64,000 nucleotides of DNA from Lachnospiraceae bacterium (lineage in GTDB: Bacteria; Bacillota; Clostridia; Lachnospirales; Lachnospiraceae), in assembly GCA_009774395.1 (NCBI GenBank), contig VSNQ01000007.1:3301-67300 (forward strand). Direction: 5' to 3'. Shown here piece after piece: positions 1 to 9,174 of the stretch. The notes beneath the pieces are model-generated. The model searched no databases, was not told the DNA's origin, and was given only the letters and a program-made list of their open reading frames with translations. Positions within the stretch are counted from its first letter, which is position 1. Each line of letters begins with the position of its first letter. The position numbers and the translations under genes were made by a program.

Positions 1-60
1 GCACAAAGGACTGCGCCCTAAAACAAAATCCTTCGTATATCTACTATTATAATTTTTTTG

Positions 61-77
61 TGGACATATTTCGTCTA
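61..77. promoter_or_regulatory. Degenerate copy of the putative WYL operator, beside a leftward -10 box (TATAAT at 51-46, minus strand)
   Basis: TGGACA-TATTT-CGTCTA versus TGGACA-TATTC-TGTCCA upstream of the WYL gene; 9 nt to a minus-strand TATAAT (10 nt at the WYL promoter). Confidence 0.5.
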
Positions 78-119
78 TACGAGAGCAATTCGGAAAATTT
101 TTTTAAATTTTTTGCAATC

Positions 120-211
120 TATAATAACGAGGGCTTAAATTTGCCAATAACGACGGCTTGCGAGTGTAATTCACTTGAGTGATATGGTAAAATTTATTGC
201 TTGTGAGTATA
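120..211. mobile_element. 92-bp TA-ended miniature inverted-repeat element (subfamily A2)
   Basis: Same length as 42268-42359, with shared TAAATTTGCCAATAA and GCTTGTGAGTATA blocks. Confidence 0.6.
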
Positions 212-248
212 GTGGAAAAGTTACCTTCGCTGCCTTAATGTCTTATTT

Positions 249-380
249 CCCCTGCAACGGTCTGCGCAATCAAGTAGAAAAAATTCCTCTTCCCTTCTCG
301 TACGCCGCCGATGCGGCATATTCTCTCTGCATGGGTCTGCGCAATCGAGTAGAAAAATTTCATCTTCCCTTCTCGTATGT
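249..380. repeat. Two tandem ~75-bp-period units (CTGCA..GGTCTGCGCAATC.AGTAGAAAAA.TT.C.TCTTCCCTTCTCGTA)
   Basis: Direct repeat visible at ~258-304 and ~333-379; related motifs at ~18331-18420 and ~51597-51628. Confidence 0.7.
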
Positions 381-430
381 CGTGTACTCGTCGGCTTTGC
401 TGACAACCTTTCTTTGAGTGCCCGAGTGCA

Positions 431-463
431 TAAAAAAGAGCATCCCTTATAATAAAGATGCTC
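431..463 (-). terminator. Intrinsic terminator ending the accessory operon
   Basis: GAGCATC...GATGCTC hairpin followed by a T run on the minus strand, downstream of the immunity gene. Confidence 0.7.
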
Positions 464-571
464 CCTTTTATCCATATCCGTTTCACTGCACTTCGGAACT
501 ATTTAAAAATAACTTATTCTATATTCCGCGCACTATTTTAAAGTTATATCTTAACAGTTTCTTAGCAACTA

Positions 572-1240
572 CTATAATAAGCCACAAGGTATATATTGTT
601 TCTCTGATACTACAGCGGCATTTATTTTAAGTGCTGCCCCCGCCAGCCACGACCAGTATCCGACATAAATATTTTCTGTACTTTTATGACTGTCAAACCA
701 TGCAAATTCACTGCATAAAGCATACCATTTATTTTCCATAAACTCTACAAAACAGTCTGTATTAATACTGCCTATTAAAAACTGATAAAACATTTCATAT
801 GGTTCTGAAAAGAGTAATTGACCATTTTCCAAAGTCTGCTTATCACCTAAGATTTTTCTTTTTAAGATAGAAACCAAAGCATCTGATGCATACTCTGTAT
901 TTTCTAGTGCAAATCGAATGTCGTCTGCTGCAGTATCAAACAGTATTGCCAATGACAGAATATCAACCATTTCAGCATAGTCAGAAATAGAACACTGTTT
1001 TAATGCTTTTAAATATTGAAAATAAATCCGCTGTACTTCCTGTTTGACAGCACCGACAGAATACTTTGCTGACAGCAAGTCCTTGTAAAAATTTGCAAGA
1101 ATCCGCTGGCACTGCTTTACTTTAGAGCTATCCCCTTCTCCCAATTTTGTCAGAGTATCCTCAAATTTCTCTATCCTTTTGTTTTGATAAATTATGAAAT
1201 CTTCAAAATACCTATCATCCTTATATAATTCCCTGCTCAT
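572..1240 (-). CDS. PoNi-like (DUF1910/DUF1911) immunity protein
   Basis: N-terminal R..K(D)..YF motif, central AKYSVG, C-terminal W..SH....YVGYWSW.A.A signature; ATGA overlap with the upstream nuclease gene. Confidence 0.8.
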   Translation of the reverse strand: MSRELYKDDRYFEDFIIYQNKRIEKFEDTLTKLGEGDSSKVKQCQRILANFYKDLLSAKYSVGAVKQEVQRIYFQYLKALKQCSISDYAEMVDILSLAILFDTAADDIRFALENTEYASDALVSILKRKILGDKQTLENGQLLFSEPYEMFYQFLIGSINTDCFVEFMENKWYALCSEFAWFDSHKSTENIYVGYWSWLAGAALKINAAVVSEKQYIPCGLL

Positions 1241-1863
1241 AAATCTACCCCTCTTTCAACAACATTGGCATTCTCGTCTAGTTTATCATAGGATACCTTT
1301 CCATCCTCCTCCACGTGTGCCACATACGCACCTACATTATCTGGATTTAACAGCTTTTCCATACGAATTTCATCTGCTTTTTCTTTCCCTAGATCTTTAT
1401 CCAGTCTTTTATCAATCCAGTTTTCGCACATTTGTTTGCCATCTGCTGTGTTTGGATTTAATTTTGCCGAACCATATTTTGCATCTACAATAATATACTG
1501 CGGAGAGCCCTTTTCATTGTAATATACACCATCCAGCCCTTGATGTCCATTCTCATCAATATCCGTTACCATATCATTGGAAATCCGCTTATAACCCTTT
1601 ACTCTTAAATCCTGATCGGTTTTCATTTCACCGTAATTTCCCACTTCATGCGTGTTATCTCGGTCAAAGGGTTTCTCGCCGCTTTCAACTGCATCTAGTT
1701 CATGATTCTGCTTGTCAACTTTTTCAGAATAGGACATTGGTTCTATATTCGATGCATCCATATCCTGCTCGGAATGTTCAAAAAACTTGGGAAAATCCGA
1801 TTGATTTGATTCTTTTACTTCATTGCCAATATCATTACTAAAACTTTTAAAATTTTCAAACAC
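1237..1863 (-). CDS. PoNe-like PD-(D/E)xK DNase toxin (likely GTG start at 1863)
   Basis: GNYGE...GHQGLDGVYY...YIIVDAKYGSAKL...QMCENWI..RL motif string; lies directly upstream of a PoNi-like gene; GTG overlaps the ATPase stop (TAGTG). Confidence 0.75.
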   Translation of the reverse strand: MFENFKSFSNDIGNEVKESNQSDFPKFFEHSEQDMDASNIEPMSYSEKVDKQNHELDAVESGEKPFDRDNTHEVGNYGEMKTDQDLRVKGYKRISNDMVTDIDENGHQGLDGVYYNEKGSPQYIIVDAKYGSAKLNPNTADGKQMCENWIDKRLDKDLGKEKADEIRMEKLLNPDNVGAYVAHVEEDGKVSYDKLDENANVVERGVDL

Positions 1864-4800
1864 TAAACAACCCTTCTTCCCATGTAATCCATCCACCGAA
1901 TAAAATTACTTTCATTATTGTTTTTTTCACAGCTTTTCTTATAAATCAAGCATTCCAAAATATTATATTGACAGGCAGCAGACAATTCTTCCTCAAATCC
2001 CAGACCAGCAATTAACTCCTGATTCCATTCTTCTATATTTTGGGCATAACGTCCATTTCTGAAAATATCATCAACCTGCTCTATACATTCCGCCACAAAG
2101 TCATACACTTCTTTTAAAGATTTCGGCTTTGTTCCCTTCAAAGCTTTCATTATTCCTATTTTAAGATATGAAGGCATATTTGACCTTAACAATTCTGTTT
2201 TTAGTGATTCTACATCTGTTTTGGGTTCTTCTTGGGAAATATCAGATAAAATATATTGAAGAATTTTTCCACGCAGGATATTCTCTGCGGGCTGCTCCTC
2301 TATTCCCTGCTGCCTTCTATATTCTTTTGGTAGTACATTATAATAATTAACCTTGCATAGCACTGGTTCAATCCATTTATCCTGATAAACCGCCGCAACC
2401 CCCGACGGCAGCTTTGCCAGTTCATCAATCTGCTTATCGGTCAATCCTGCTGCCTTTCCTGTTAACTCCCTGTCCGAATACTCCGGCAGCCGCATAATAA
2501 TCTTCGTATTGGTATTGCGGATTACAGACATATCAAGCAGTCCCGGCGCTTGATCTACAATCACAAAACCCTCTCCATATGTGCGCATTTCCGCAATCGC
2601 ATTCGATATCATTTCCACAGACTTTCCAAGCAAATTAGAAGAATCACTGCTTTGTTCCATAGAAGTCCGCTTTAAAAGATTATGTGCTTCCTCAAGAACC
2701 GTTATATGACGCAAAGGCAGGTTAATTCCACCTTGACTCATTCTGCGTTCCTGTAAACGCATTATCAGAATCCCCATAATCATGGCTTTGGTTTCGCTTG
2801 ACGCTACTCTGCTTAAATCCACAATTGCGCTTTCCTCAAACAATTGTTTCTGATCGACCTCATTACAGGTGAAAATCTGTCCATTTAAACCATTTGTCAA
2901 AGATTTCACACGTGTAATCAGCGAACCGGTATAATTATCCTTTACTTCCTGCGAATAATCGGAACTGCTTATCACCTTGCGCAATGCTGCCAATACATCC
3001 GCAAAACATGGATAAATCGCCGGCGTATATCTGTTTTTGGAGGTGCTCAAATCCCATCCTGCAAAGCAATACGCCTGCTCAACCGCCTCTTTCAACACGG
3101 CTGGCATTGCTGCATACATGGGCCAGCATACATTGAATATATCAATTAATCTGTCTATATGTTCCAAAATATGTATCCCCTTTTCAAACTGAAAAGGATT
3201 AATTCTTAATAGTTCCATATAGTAGGGATTTGTGCCAAATACATGAAAATCCTTTCCAAACACTTGCTTATACTCACCCTTAGCCGGTTCAATAATCAGT
3301 GTCGGCACTGCTTTGGGAAGTTCGTGAATCCCCATATGAATACCATTTAAGCGTGAAATGATCTCATATACCGTATTCGATTTGCCAGATCCGGTAGCAC
3401 CTGTAATAAACGTATGCTTCGTCAAGCTTTCCACATCCAAATCGACCTTTGTTTTTGCCTCTTTTCCCAAATGATAAATTTTCCCTAAATTAAATTTTCT
3501 TCCCTGTTCTTCCTCTCGCTTCAGCACTTCCTGCGCAAATGCTGTATGTTCTGTCACGGGCAGACCATTGACAGAATGACGGGGTAATCCCATATGAATC
3601 GCCAGCTCGTCCGTGCTGACCAAAACCGATGGATTTACAATCTCCTGCCGGATTTCATCATAATCAAACCCCTCGTATAAAAAACAAGGATGCAGGAAAT
3701 TTTTAATATATTCAAAAATACTTTCCACTTTGTCTTCTTCAAACCATGTGTTTACAGCCGCCCTTTCAATGCCGCTCTGCAAGCCGGAAACCACGGATTG
3801 GTATGTATTTGCTGCTGTTTCCGTTTCAGCCGCGCTCTCCCCAATAAAATATGCCGCAAAATCCCACATTCCAATACTTTCGCATTCTTCTATACGCTTT
3901 AAGTGCTTTTCCAAGCGCTGTGTAATTGACGCAAGTGTCATATTTTTTGCATTCAGCGTAATACCCTGTGAAGATCCAAATGTTTCTGTCAAAGTTTTGG
4001 AATTAACCAAACTAAACGCTTCCCCTGCACTAAATGTTTCGCCGTGTTGTGTTCCCATCCCATATGACTGCGTTTTCCCTCTGCTCTTGTTTGTCCCATG
4101 TGTAACACTATCCGCATGAGAGTCACTCAGCCCATATGTCAGCGTTTTGGAAATGGAATCGGACTTTGAAACCGCATGGCTAGTCCCATGTGATAGGGAA
4201 TGCGTATCACTAGAGGAATATCCACGAGATGCATTAACGCCAAATTTCATATTATCCGACGAAGCAGAAGTATTTACACCTATGCTTACATTCGTTCCTG
4301 CTGTATGAGAATCTGATTCTGTAAAATGTGTGCCGTCTGTAACCCCTTCTGTATATGAAGTCCCTTCTGATGCAGATTGATTCTTTCCGCTTGTATCGGT
4401 GCTTCCAAAACTTTCGCTGTTTCCTTCTGTATAAGAATCCGCCTTGCTTATATTTACCGAAGTGCCTTGGTTCACCCCATAAGATAAGTTCTGTGTTTTG
4501 CTGTCACTTTGTCCCTGTGCTGTGCTGGTACTGTCTGATGTGGAAAAATTCAACTGTATATTGGCAAACGGGGATATTTGCGTATAAATATTTTCATAAT
4601 CCCTTTTTATGTCTATTAGTTTCTTATAACCTACATTTTCCGCTATAAAAACAGCCGTGTAAGCTTTTCCCTGCATACTATCCACAAATTTCTCAAGTCC
4701 CTGCATAAATTCCCGATTATCAATATTGTCATCTTTCTGCTTAAAGTCCGCTACACACGTAACGCCGGAAATGCACCCTGCATGGAGCTTCTGCATATCC

Positions 4801-5342
4801 ATTTTCATATCTTCATCATAATATGCATCAATACGGCTTCCCGGAAATACGCCCATAAGACTTTGCTTTAACATCTGTGTCATAGTTCCCGATGAAAACT
4901 TCCGCTCTAGGGAACGGACACCTAAATAGAAATCATTTTGCAATCCATTGCTCTTTATCATTAAAACGAGCGTACACGGCTTATTCGATAATGCGTGAAA
5001 CATGGTTGACAATGCATAGACGGAAAATTCGTTTTCCTGATAAACAAGTTCACTAATACGGAAAAATTGAATATCCTTTAGGGACAATTTCGTATCCTGA
5101 TCCAGCGGTACAATTGGCAGATCCGATAAATGAACCCTGTAACCTTTCATTACTTCGTCGTCAATAATTTGCAGACAATTTCCAAGATTCTGCTGCAAAA
5201 CAGAAAGATTCATTCCTTGTGGAATTTCATTGTACGACAGTTGCGGCGGCTGCGATGTTTTAGAGGCTGCTGCCGCCGGAACTGCAAACGACGAATAATC
5301 TTCTTTTTTATTTTGTAATTCCTGATAATTTTTAAATTTCAT
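1863..5342 (-). CDS. Large HerA/DUF87 (FtsK-HerA superfamily) ATPase with a Ser/Thr/Gly-rich insert
   Basis: Walker A HTFITGATGSGKS, Walker B ITVLEEAH, arginine-finger region EMRTYGEGFVIVDQ, then NTNTKII. Confidence 0.85.
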   Translation of the reverse strand: MKFKNYQELQNKKEDYSSFAVPAAAASKTSQPPQLSYNEIPQGMNLSVLQQNLGNCLQIIDDEVMKGYRVHLSDLPIVPLDQDTKLSLKDIQFFRISELVYQENEFSVYALSTMFHALSNKPCTLVLMIKSNGLQNDFYLGVRSLERKFSSGTMTQMLKQSLMGVFPGSRIDAYYDEDMKMDMQKLHAGCISGVTCVADFKQKDDNIDNREFMQGLEKFVDSMQGKAYTAVFIAENVGYKKLIDIKRDYENIYTQISPFANIQLNFSTSDSTSTAQGQSDSKTQNLSYGVNQGTSVNISKADSYTEGNSESFGSTDTSGKNQSASEGTSYTEGVTDGTHFTESDSHTAGTNVSIGVNTSASSDNMKFGVNASRGYSSSDTHSLSHGTSHAVSKSDSISKTLTYGLSDSHADSVTHGTNKSRGKTQSYGMGTQHGETFSAGEAFSLVNSKTLTETFGSSQGITLNAKNMTLASITQRLEKHLKRIEECESIGMWDFAAYFIGESAAETETAANTYQSVVSGLQSGIERAAVNTWFEEDKVESIFEYIKNFLHPCFLYEGFDYDEIRQEIVNPSVLVSTDELAIHMGLPRHSVNGLPVTEHTAFAQEVLKREEEQGRKFNLGKIYHLGKEAKTKVDLDVESLTKHTFITGATGSGKSNTVYEIISRLNGIHMGIHELPKAVPTLIIEPAKGEYKQVFGKDFHVFGTNPYYMELLRINPFQFEKGIHILEHIDRLIDIFNVCWPMYAAMPAVLKEAVEQAYCFAGWDLSTSKNRYTPAIYPCFADVLAALRKVISSSDYSQEVKDNYTGSLITRVKSLTNGLNGQIFTCNEVDQKQLFEESAIVDLSRVASSETKAMIMGILIMRLQERRMSQGGINLPLRHITVLEEAHNLLKRTSMEQSSDSSNLLGKSVEMISNAIAEMRTYGEGFVIVDQAPGLLDMSVIRNTNTKIIMRLPEYSDRELTGKAAGLTDKQIDELAKLPSGVAAVYQDKWIEPVLCKVNYYNVLPKEYRRQQGIEEQPAENILRGKILQYILSDISQEEPKTDVESLKTELLRSNMPSYLKIGIMKALKGTKPKSLKEVYDFVAECIEQVDDIFRNGRYAQNIEEWNQELIAGLGFEEELSAACQYNILECLIYKKSCEKNNNESNFIRWMDYMGRRVV

Positions 5343-5860
5343 TCTATTCCTTTGCCTTTATCAATTTTATAAAATAATCTCTCTTTATCTTTTATTATTA
5401 CTTTATAATATTGCGGATTCCCCGTTGTCGGATCGCATTTTTTGCACGCTATAACCCTATAATTGCCTTGATATGGTACAAATTTTTCAAAATATTTCCA
5501 ATTTAGAAAGTTATCAATCCGACTCAATTCTTCCGCTCCACCACTTACCATGCGCCGATAGTGATATTGTTTCACCTTCTCTTTAGAATTTTTTAAACCT
5601 TTTGCGTCCCACAATTCTTTCCATTCTGTCACCCGCAAGTAATTTCCCTTACTCTGTGACAACTCAAATACTGTTACATTTTGACCTATTATAGTACCTT
5701 TTAGAATATCTGTTATTTTTTCTTCTATTTTAAAGATTACTTCATAAATTGCGCTTTTCCTGTCTTGGGACTGCTCTCTTAATTTCTCATTGCCATTACT
5801 ACAATTATTACGATAATCAGAAAAACTACTATTACCAGAACAGCCCCCATTACTTTTTTT
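5339..5860 (-). CDS. -1 frame extension of the upstream gene (the ORF track shows only 107 aa from TTG 5662); probable frameshift-accessed C-terminal domain
   Basis: Frame is stop-free from 5890 to 5339, has no ATG with an RBS at its 5' end, and its stop overlaps the ATPase start (ATGA). Confidence 0.65.
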   Translation of the reverse strand, partial: KKSNGGCSGNSSFSDYRNNCSNGNEKLREQSQDRKSAIYEVIFKIEEKITDILKGTIIGQNVTVFELSQSKGNYLRVTEWKELWDAKGLKNSKEKVKQYHYRRMVSGGAEELSRIDNFLNWKYFEKFVPYQGNYRVIACKKCDPTTGNPQYYKVIIKDKERLFYKIDKGKGIE

Positions 5861-6543
5861 GTTTCCGTACCTCCTGAAACTTGTATATTTTCACTTCTGC
5901 GCAATTGTTCCTTACGTTGTTCTTCACGAGCTTTGTTTTCTTCAAAACGCTGATTTTTCTGTGCAAGTGCTCTGCGTTCTGCTTCCAGTTCTTCCTCCTG
6001 TTTTTGTTTTTGGCTTTTTATTTGCTGCTGCACCTGCATATTTTGATTGGTATAATCCTTATGCGTATTGTTTGACACATTTGCATTTACATCACGATAA
6101 TTCTGATTTTCCTGATTTGTTTGCACCTTATCTTCAAAACGCTGGTTTCCTTGTTCTAGTACTCTATGTGATGTTTCTAATTCTTCTTGTCTTTGTTCGA
6201 GTTTTTTATGTGCTGCCTCTCGTTCCTGAACCAACTTACCTATTTTTTCTGCATATACCACTTTCGCAACATCCTGCATATGCCCAAACCGCTCTACAGA
6301 AAAATTCTTTAATAAATCCATCTTAATATTGTCCCAATAATCATCTGTCCAATTAGCTTGATTATTGGAAAAAGGCATTAAATCTCTATGTGATTCAAAC
6401 ATTTCTGGCAGCATTTTACGGCAATATTCAAAATCTTCCTTATATTTTTCAAAAGTTGGATCAACATCCAGACAATCTGCAAAGACATACTGTAAGCCTC
6501 TTATATCTTTATTGTCCACACGTTTTTTCACTTCATCATGCAT
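5779..6543 (-). CDS. Coiled-coil, Gln/Asn-rich protein with a C-terminal TM anchor (~254 aa; start MHDEV)
   Basis: GAGGAGG RBS before ATG 6543; Q/E/K-rich helices; terminal hydrophobic helix VMGAVLVIVVFLIIVIIVVMAM. Confidence 0.8.
   Translation of the reverse strand: MHDEVKKRVDNKDIRGLQYVFADCLDVDPTFEKYKEDFEYCRKMLPEMFESHRDLMPFSNNQANWTDDYWDNIKMDLLKNFSVERFGHMQDVAKVVYAEKIGKLVQEREAAHKKLEQRQEELETSHRVLEQGNQRFEDKVQTNQENQNYRDVNANVSNNTHKDYTNQNMQVQQQIKSQKQKQEEELEAERRALAQKNQRFEENKAREEQRKEQLRRSENIQVSGGTETKKVMGAVLVIVVFLIIVIIVVMAMRN
5854..5875 (-). promoter_or_regulatory. Candidate -1 ribosomal frameshift signal: internal SD (AGGAGG) + 9 nt + A_AAA_AAA
   Basis: Minus strand reads AGGAGGTACGGAAAC-AAAAAAA-GTA; the heptamer is in X_XXY_YYZ phase with the 0 frame. 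Confidence 0.7.
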
Positions 6544-6556
6544 TGCATCAACCTCC

Positions 6557-9100
6557 TCACATATCCAGTATGCTGTCGATTTGATTCTTATTAGCTTCAA
6601 TCCATTCTAAGATATCTCTGCTCTTTTTCAGTTCTTCTTCTCTTGTCTTTTGATCTTTTGCGCATTGTTCCAGTTCCTCGTATTTCTGCGTAATTAATTG
6701 ATCCAATTTCTCAAGACTATTGATAAACTGCTTTTTCATACTTTCCGCCTGCTTCTCTGCATAAGAGCACGCATTATTCATTCCGTCCTCCAAGGTTTGA
6801 CGCAGTGTGGCAAGTAATCCTGTTTGTATTACCGATACATCTGCAGAATAGTTTTCTATTGTTTCCGTCCTTTCTTCGTAAACATCCCGCATAATCGTCT
6901 TGTAATCCAAAACCGTCTTGTATACATCTCTATCCTCATAATCATCCACATTTTCGTAGACATCTTCTTCAATATATTTTGGTGTAAGAATCTTCCACCA
7001 TCTCTTATTAGGATTTCTAACTGTTCTTGTTCCTGTCCGTTCTCTGTGAGATCCAACCTTTACTTTCTCCGTTCCGATTTTTTCTTCATGAGAACCTACA
7101 ACTACTTCTTCCTCCTCTTCTCCGACTTTCTCATAATAGGATCTTGTTTCATATTCCACTTCTCCTACATCATCAACAGTATCCTCAATAAACTCATTAG
7201 AAGCCCATGTTTCTGTATTTTCCTTCATCTTTGCCAATTCTCCTTTAATTAAATCAATTGTAGAGAAGTCTAGCTGTGATTCCATTGCACTTTCATCAAT
7301 ACTTTTCAGCTTTTCCTGATATCCTAACAGGATTTGTTCACTGTTCTCAAGCAGTTCATGATTAATCACACTTTCTAGTTCTGTTGCCATTTCAGCCAAA
7401 CTATCAGAACCTGTCGCCGCAAATGTATTTATCAGTCTTATCGTTTCATTTTTACTATAAATGGTATCTCCATACGGCTTAAATATCTTTTGAACCTGCT
7501 TGGATGCTTTTTGCTTTAGCTTTTCTGCTTTCGCATTAATTGCCTTCATTGGATCAAGCGCTTGTATCTGCTCTTTAAATTTCTGTGCTTCCTTTCCACC
7601 GGATATTTTTTCTCTAATTACCGCTGCACGTTCTGCACAGGCTTTCGCTGCATTTTCATCTGTGATAATCTGTTCTTTTGCATTTGCCAGCACTTTATTG
7701 CTCTCTAATACTTCCTGAAATGTTTCTACCAAATCCTTTACTTTCTTTGTTTTTGCATACTTTTTAACATATGCTGTAATTGCGGATTCAATAGAGCATA
7801 TACCACAGTGAATTAATGCCTGTTCTTTTGTATCGTTTTGCGCCTGCGCCTGTTTTAATCTGTAATTTAATTCCCGCTGCGCACTTGGTGACAATGTTGT
7901 ATATTTTTCCAAGTGCATAGAGTCATACTCAATAAACTTATCGATCATAGGCAAAGTATCTCTTGCTGCGGAAGGCAGTTTCCTTTCATCTGCTCTGGTA
8001 AGATTGTCAATATCAATACCGCCTAAATAGGAACGAATATTCAGTGCTGTAAATGCAGAACATGGAAAAATCTGCGGATCTTCAATGCCATGACTGTAAA
8101 GATATCCCTTTGCCGACGCAATTGCTTTCCCAATGTCTTCTTCCTCTGGATTAAAACCATCCATCTTATTAATAACAAACAAAAATCTGTCACGAACCTG
8201 CTTTCCGCCTTTTTTTATCTGATCCGCCACATAACTAAGCAAAGAATTATCATCGTTTGTACTAAGCTGCGTACCATTGAGCACATATAAAATCAAGCTA
8301 TTAGAGTCATTATTAATTGAACTGTATGTAGTATTTTTATGCTCCTGATTCTGGGAATTATTCGGGCCCGGCGTATCTACCAGCATCAGAGCAATCTCTC
8401 TTGCATCCAAAAACGGAATATCCCCTTCCGCTTCGATTTTGGATACCTGATCATTTTCATTTAACTCACTCATAACTTCGTAAGTAAGATTATCTGTTTC
8501 TCTAATTACATTTCCTTGTTTATCATATACAACTGCTTGAAAGCCCTCTTTATCATTATCCAGAATTTCTGTAATTGTTGCGGTACATGCTTCATTTTTA
8601 GACGGCATTAGCTTTTTGCCCAACAGCGCGTTAATCAACGTTGACTTGCCGGAACTCATTGTAGCAATTACATTCACTGGAAATTCTGCTTCATTTACAC
8701 TTTCAAATGCTCTCACCAGCTTCGGATCGCGGAAATCATCAATCGGCGCATCTTCGTCCTGCAGATCATTAAAAATATCCACAATCTTCTGCGTAATATC
8801 CTCCGCTGCCTGTCCTTCGACATATTTTAAATCCGCCGTTTTTACTGTTCCTATCTTTTTTGCATTCTGAAACGCGTCCTCAAAATCATCCCAATCCAAA
8901 TCCATACCACAAAATTCGATTTCAAAATCCACTGTATTTAGTTCTTTGGTCAGCATTTCGGGAAACTCACCAATCCACTCTTGCAGCCTTTTTCCTTTTA
9001 CCAGCTTATAGAGCGTGCTGTCTGTTTCTATTTCCCGCCCATTGACCTCAATCCATGTTGAAAGTCTGTACGGATTGTACTTAACGTATACTTGTGCCAT
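6557..9100 (-). CDS. Bacterial dynamin-like GTPase
   Basis: G1 ATMSSGKSTLINALLG, G2 ACTA, G3 DTPG, G4 NKMD, followed by a long helical stalk. Confidence 0.9.
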   Translation of the reverse strand: MAQVYVKYNPYRLSTWIEVNGREIETDSTLYKLVKGKRLQEWIGEFPEMLTKELNTVDFEIEFCGMDLDWDDFEDAFQNAKKIGTVKTADLKYVEGQAAEDITQKIVDIFNDLQDEDAPIDDFRDPKLVRAFESVNEAEFPVNVIATMSSGKSTLINALLGKKLMPSKNEACTATITEILDNDKEGFQAVVYDKQGNVIRETDNLTYEVMSELNENDQVSKIEAEGDIPFLDAREIALMLVDTPGPNNSQNQEHKNTTYSSINNDSNSLILYVLNGTQLSTNDDNSLLSYVADQIKKGGKQVRDRFLFVINKMDGFNPEEEDIGKAIASAKGYLYSHGIEDPQIFPCSAFTALNIRSYLGGIDIDNLTRADERKLPSAARDTLPMIDKFIEYDSMHLEKYTTLSPSAQRELNYRLKQAQAQNDTKEQALIHCGICSIESAITAYVKKYAKTKKVKDLVETFQEVLESNKVLANAKEQIITDENAAKACAERAAVIREKISGGKEAQKFKEQIQALDPMKAINAKAEKLKQKASKQVQKIFKPYGDTIYSKNETIRLINTFAATGSDSLAEMATELESVINHELLENSEQILLGYQEKLKSIDESAMESQLDFSTIDLIKGELAKMKENTETWASNEFIEDTVDDVGEVEYETRSYYEKVGEEEEEVVVGSHEEKIGTEKVKVGSHRERTGTRTVRNPNKRWWKILTPKYIEEDVYENVDDYEDRDVYKTVLDYKTIMRDVYEERTETIENYSADVSVIQTGLLATLRQTLEDGMNNACSYAEKQAESMKKQFINSLEKLDQLITQKYEELEQCAKDQKTREEELKKSRDILEWIEANKNQIDSILDM

Positions 9101-9174
9101 AAATAAATCCTCCTTCGCAAAATGCTTTTATTTTATACTGTTTCTTCTAAGTATTATTAATTTAAGAAATTCGA

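Noticed and set aside
249..380. Possible CRISPR array
   Set aside because: Only two imperfect units, no unique spacers of regular length and no cas genes
175..630. Short ORFs in the track
   Set aside because: They translate repeat and terminator DNA and lack RBS or protein-like features
5339..5662. Independent 107-aa gene starting at TTG 5662
   Set aside because: No RBS; the frame is open ~230 nt further upstream and is better explained by a frameshift, though a rare start codon is not excluded
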